NCBI RefSeq assembly: GCF_001194135.2
Contig: NC_068991.1
Location: 51,540,621-51,604,620, forward strand
DNA: 64,000 nucleotides
Source of the DNA: Octopus bimaculoides
Lineage: Eukaryota
Direction: 5' to 3'
Each line of letters opens with the position of its first letter. Within the stretch, counting starts at the first letter, position 1. The position numbers and the translations under genes were made by a program. Below, in pieces: positions 62,665 through 64,000 of this stretch. The notes beneath the pieces were generated by a model that saw only the letters and a program-made list of their open reading frames with translations, did not search any database and was not told where the DNA came from.

Positions 62665-62825
62665 GGTATGGTTGTGTGGTAAGAGGTTTGTTTCCCAACT
62701 CCATGGTTCTGGGTTCAGTCTCATGGTGTGGCATCTTGAATAAGTGTCTTCTACTATAGCCTCAGGCTGACCAAAGTCTCATGAGTGGATTTGGTAGATG
62801 GAAATTAAAAGAAGCCTATTGTATA
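62665..62825 (+). mobile_element. SINE family A, 5' part
   Basis: GGTATGGTTGTGTGGTAAG...GGGTTCAGTCTC. Confidence 0.75.
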
Positions 62826-62849
62826 TATATATAGACATATACAGGTCAG

Positions 62850-63010
62850 TGGACAAACAGAAAGGTCTGCGAGGAATCTTAATCTTAACTTCCTAATTTT
62901 TCCCTTCTATCAATGTTCACAGAACACCACAATACAACAAAGAATGAATAAAAAAGCAACTTTCATCTATAAATATTTTCCACAACTAAATATGAACACT
63001 TAACATAATA
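62850..63010 (+). mobile_element. Neptune-type Penelope C-terminal fragment
   Basis: FLIFPFYQC...FIYKYFPQLN, similar to 59300-59400. Confidence 0.6.
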
Positions 63011-63402
63011 CAGAACACTACTAACCTTTCAATTAATAACACTAATCCCCATACATCTCATACACCATTCACATGACAAATCTATATCTACCCTAATTGC
63101 ATCAAATCCAGAAATACTTACCTCACTTACATATAATCTTTTTACTCAGAGACTAGTACCTGACACTGTTCAGTAATCGGTGTGCGTTCAAAGCAATGAT
63201 TAGTAACTTTACGAAACCGGTATGCTTTTGAATCTCTTTAACAATTCACAATATATATAATTGTATATATATCTATCGGTACTTTTCTTAAAAAGCCTTT
63301 ACTTTTTTTATTTCCAATGTGCATTTTCGCTTATTTTTATTCTTATTTTCCCTTACATTTCCACGTGCAGTTTCTATTTTGTTTTTGTAACATATTTCTA
63401 TT

Positions 63403-63718
63403 NNNNNNNNNNNNNNNNNNNNNNNNNNNNNNNNNNNNNNNNNNNNNNNNNNNNNNNNNNNNNNNNNNNNNNNNNNNNNNNNNNNNNNNNNNNNNNNNNN
63501 NNNNNNNNNNNNNNNNNNNNNNNNNNNNNNNNNNNNNNNNNNNNNNNNNNNNNNNNNNNNNNNNNNNNNNNNNNNNNNNNNNNNNNNNNNNNNNNNNNNN
63601 NNNNNNNNNNNNNNNNNNNNNNNNNNNNNNNNNNNNNNNNNNNNNNNNNNNNNNNNNNNNNNNNNNNNNNNNNNNNNNNNNNNNNNNNNNNNNNNNNNNN
63701 NNNNNNNNNNNNNNNNNN
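63403..63718. other. Assembly gap
   Basis: N bases. Confidence 1.
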
Positions 63719-63753
63719 CATACTGATTTGTTTCTCTTCAAATAGATTCTTAC

Positions 63754-63933
63754 CATTTGTATGATGAAAATAGAAGTATTTTCCATTTTTGTTCATCAAA
63801 GTAGCTCCAGGAACCTTTTCATTCACCCAAAAGATAATATCCCCAGAGACTTTGCTGTTGACTAGCCGGCTGGCATTAATTGGCTTCAGTAAAAGGAGTA
63901 CTTCTTTCATTATCATTCCAGCTTCTTTGCTTC
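63754..63933 (-). CDS. CPQ: CPQ penultimate exon (GSKEAGMIMKEVLLLLKPINAS...DIIFWVNEKVPGATLMNKNGKYFYFHHTN)
   Basis: TTCTTGACAG acceptor, GTAAGA donor, 180 nt, phase 1/1; matches M28 CPQ GSEKARAIMEEVMSLLQP...DINFW...VPGASL...KYFFFHH. The gene continues beyond the window. Confidence 0.93.
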
Positions 63934-64000
63934 CTGTCAAGAAATGAAGAATGAGTATATTCTGATAACACAGGGAGGAAATTTTTCATTTAAAGAAATG

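Noticed and set aside
63145-63225. GAAACCGGTA palindrome after a Neptune fragment, resembling a hammerhead helix III
   Set aside because: The upstream box is CTGACAC rather than CUGANGA and no convincing stem II is present; at most a dead relic.

Overview
This is AT-rich, repeat-dense animal genomic DNA from a draft scaffold with five N-gaps. The SINE and RTE repeat families and the (TA)n/(CA)n/(ATT)n load suggest an octopod cephalopod, probably Octopus; that is an inference. I assembled three spliced genes by hand from splice sites and reading frame. (1) GNPNAT1 (glucosamine-6-phosphate N-acetyltransferase), + strand, 6 coding exons, 2520-32820, about 190 aa; exon 1 is tentative. (2) CNIH4 (cornichon homolog 4), - strand, 5 exons, 57562-46968, 146 aa; intron 1 has a U12-type donor. 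(3) The last two exons of CPQ (carboxypeptidase Q), - strand, 63933-60298. The rest is mostly transposon debris: tRNA-derived SINEs, RTE/CR1/Tx1/HERO-like LINEs, a Gypsy LTR element, Tc1/mariner, hAT, piggyBac-like and foldback MITEs, a Helitron relic and Penelope-like elements (PLEs). The most notable signal is a cassette of a tRNA-like Pol III head, a minimal hammerhead ribozyme and a tail. It occurs once at the 3' end of a Penelope RT/GIY-YIG element and once as a stand-alone non-autonomous copy, both inside CNIH4 introns and each with an inverted partner copy. No rRNA, bona fide tRNA gene or CRISPR array is supported. Repeat boundaries are by-eye estimates.
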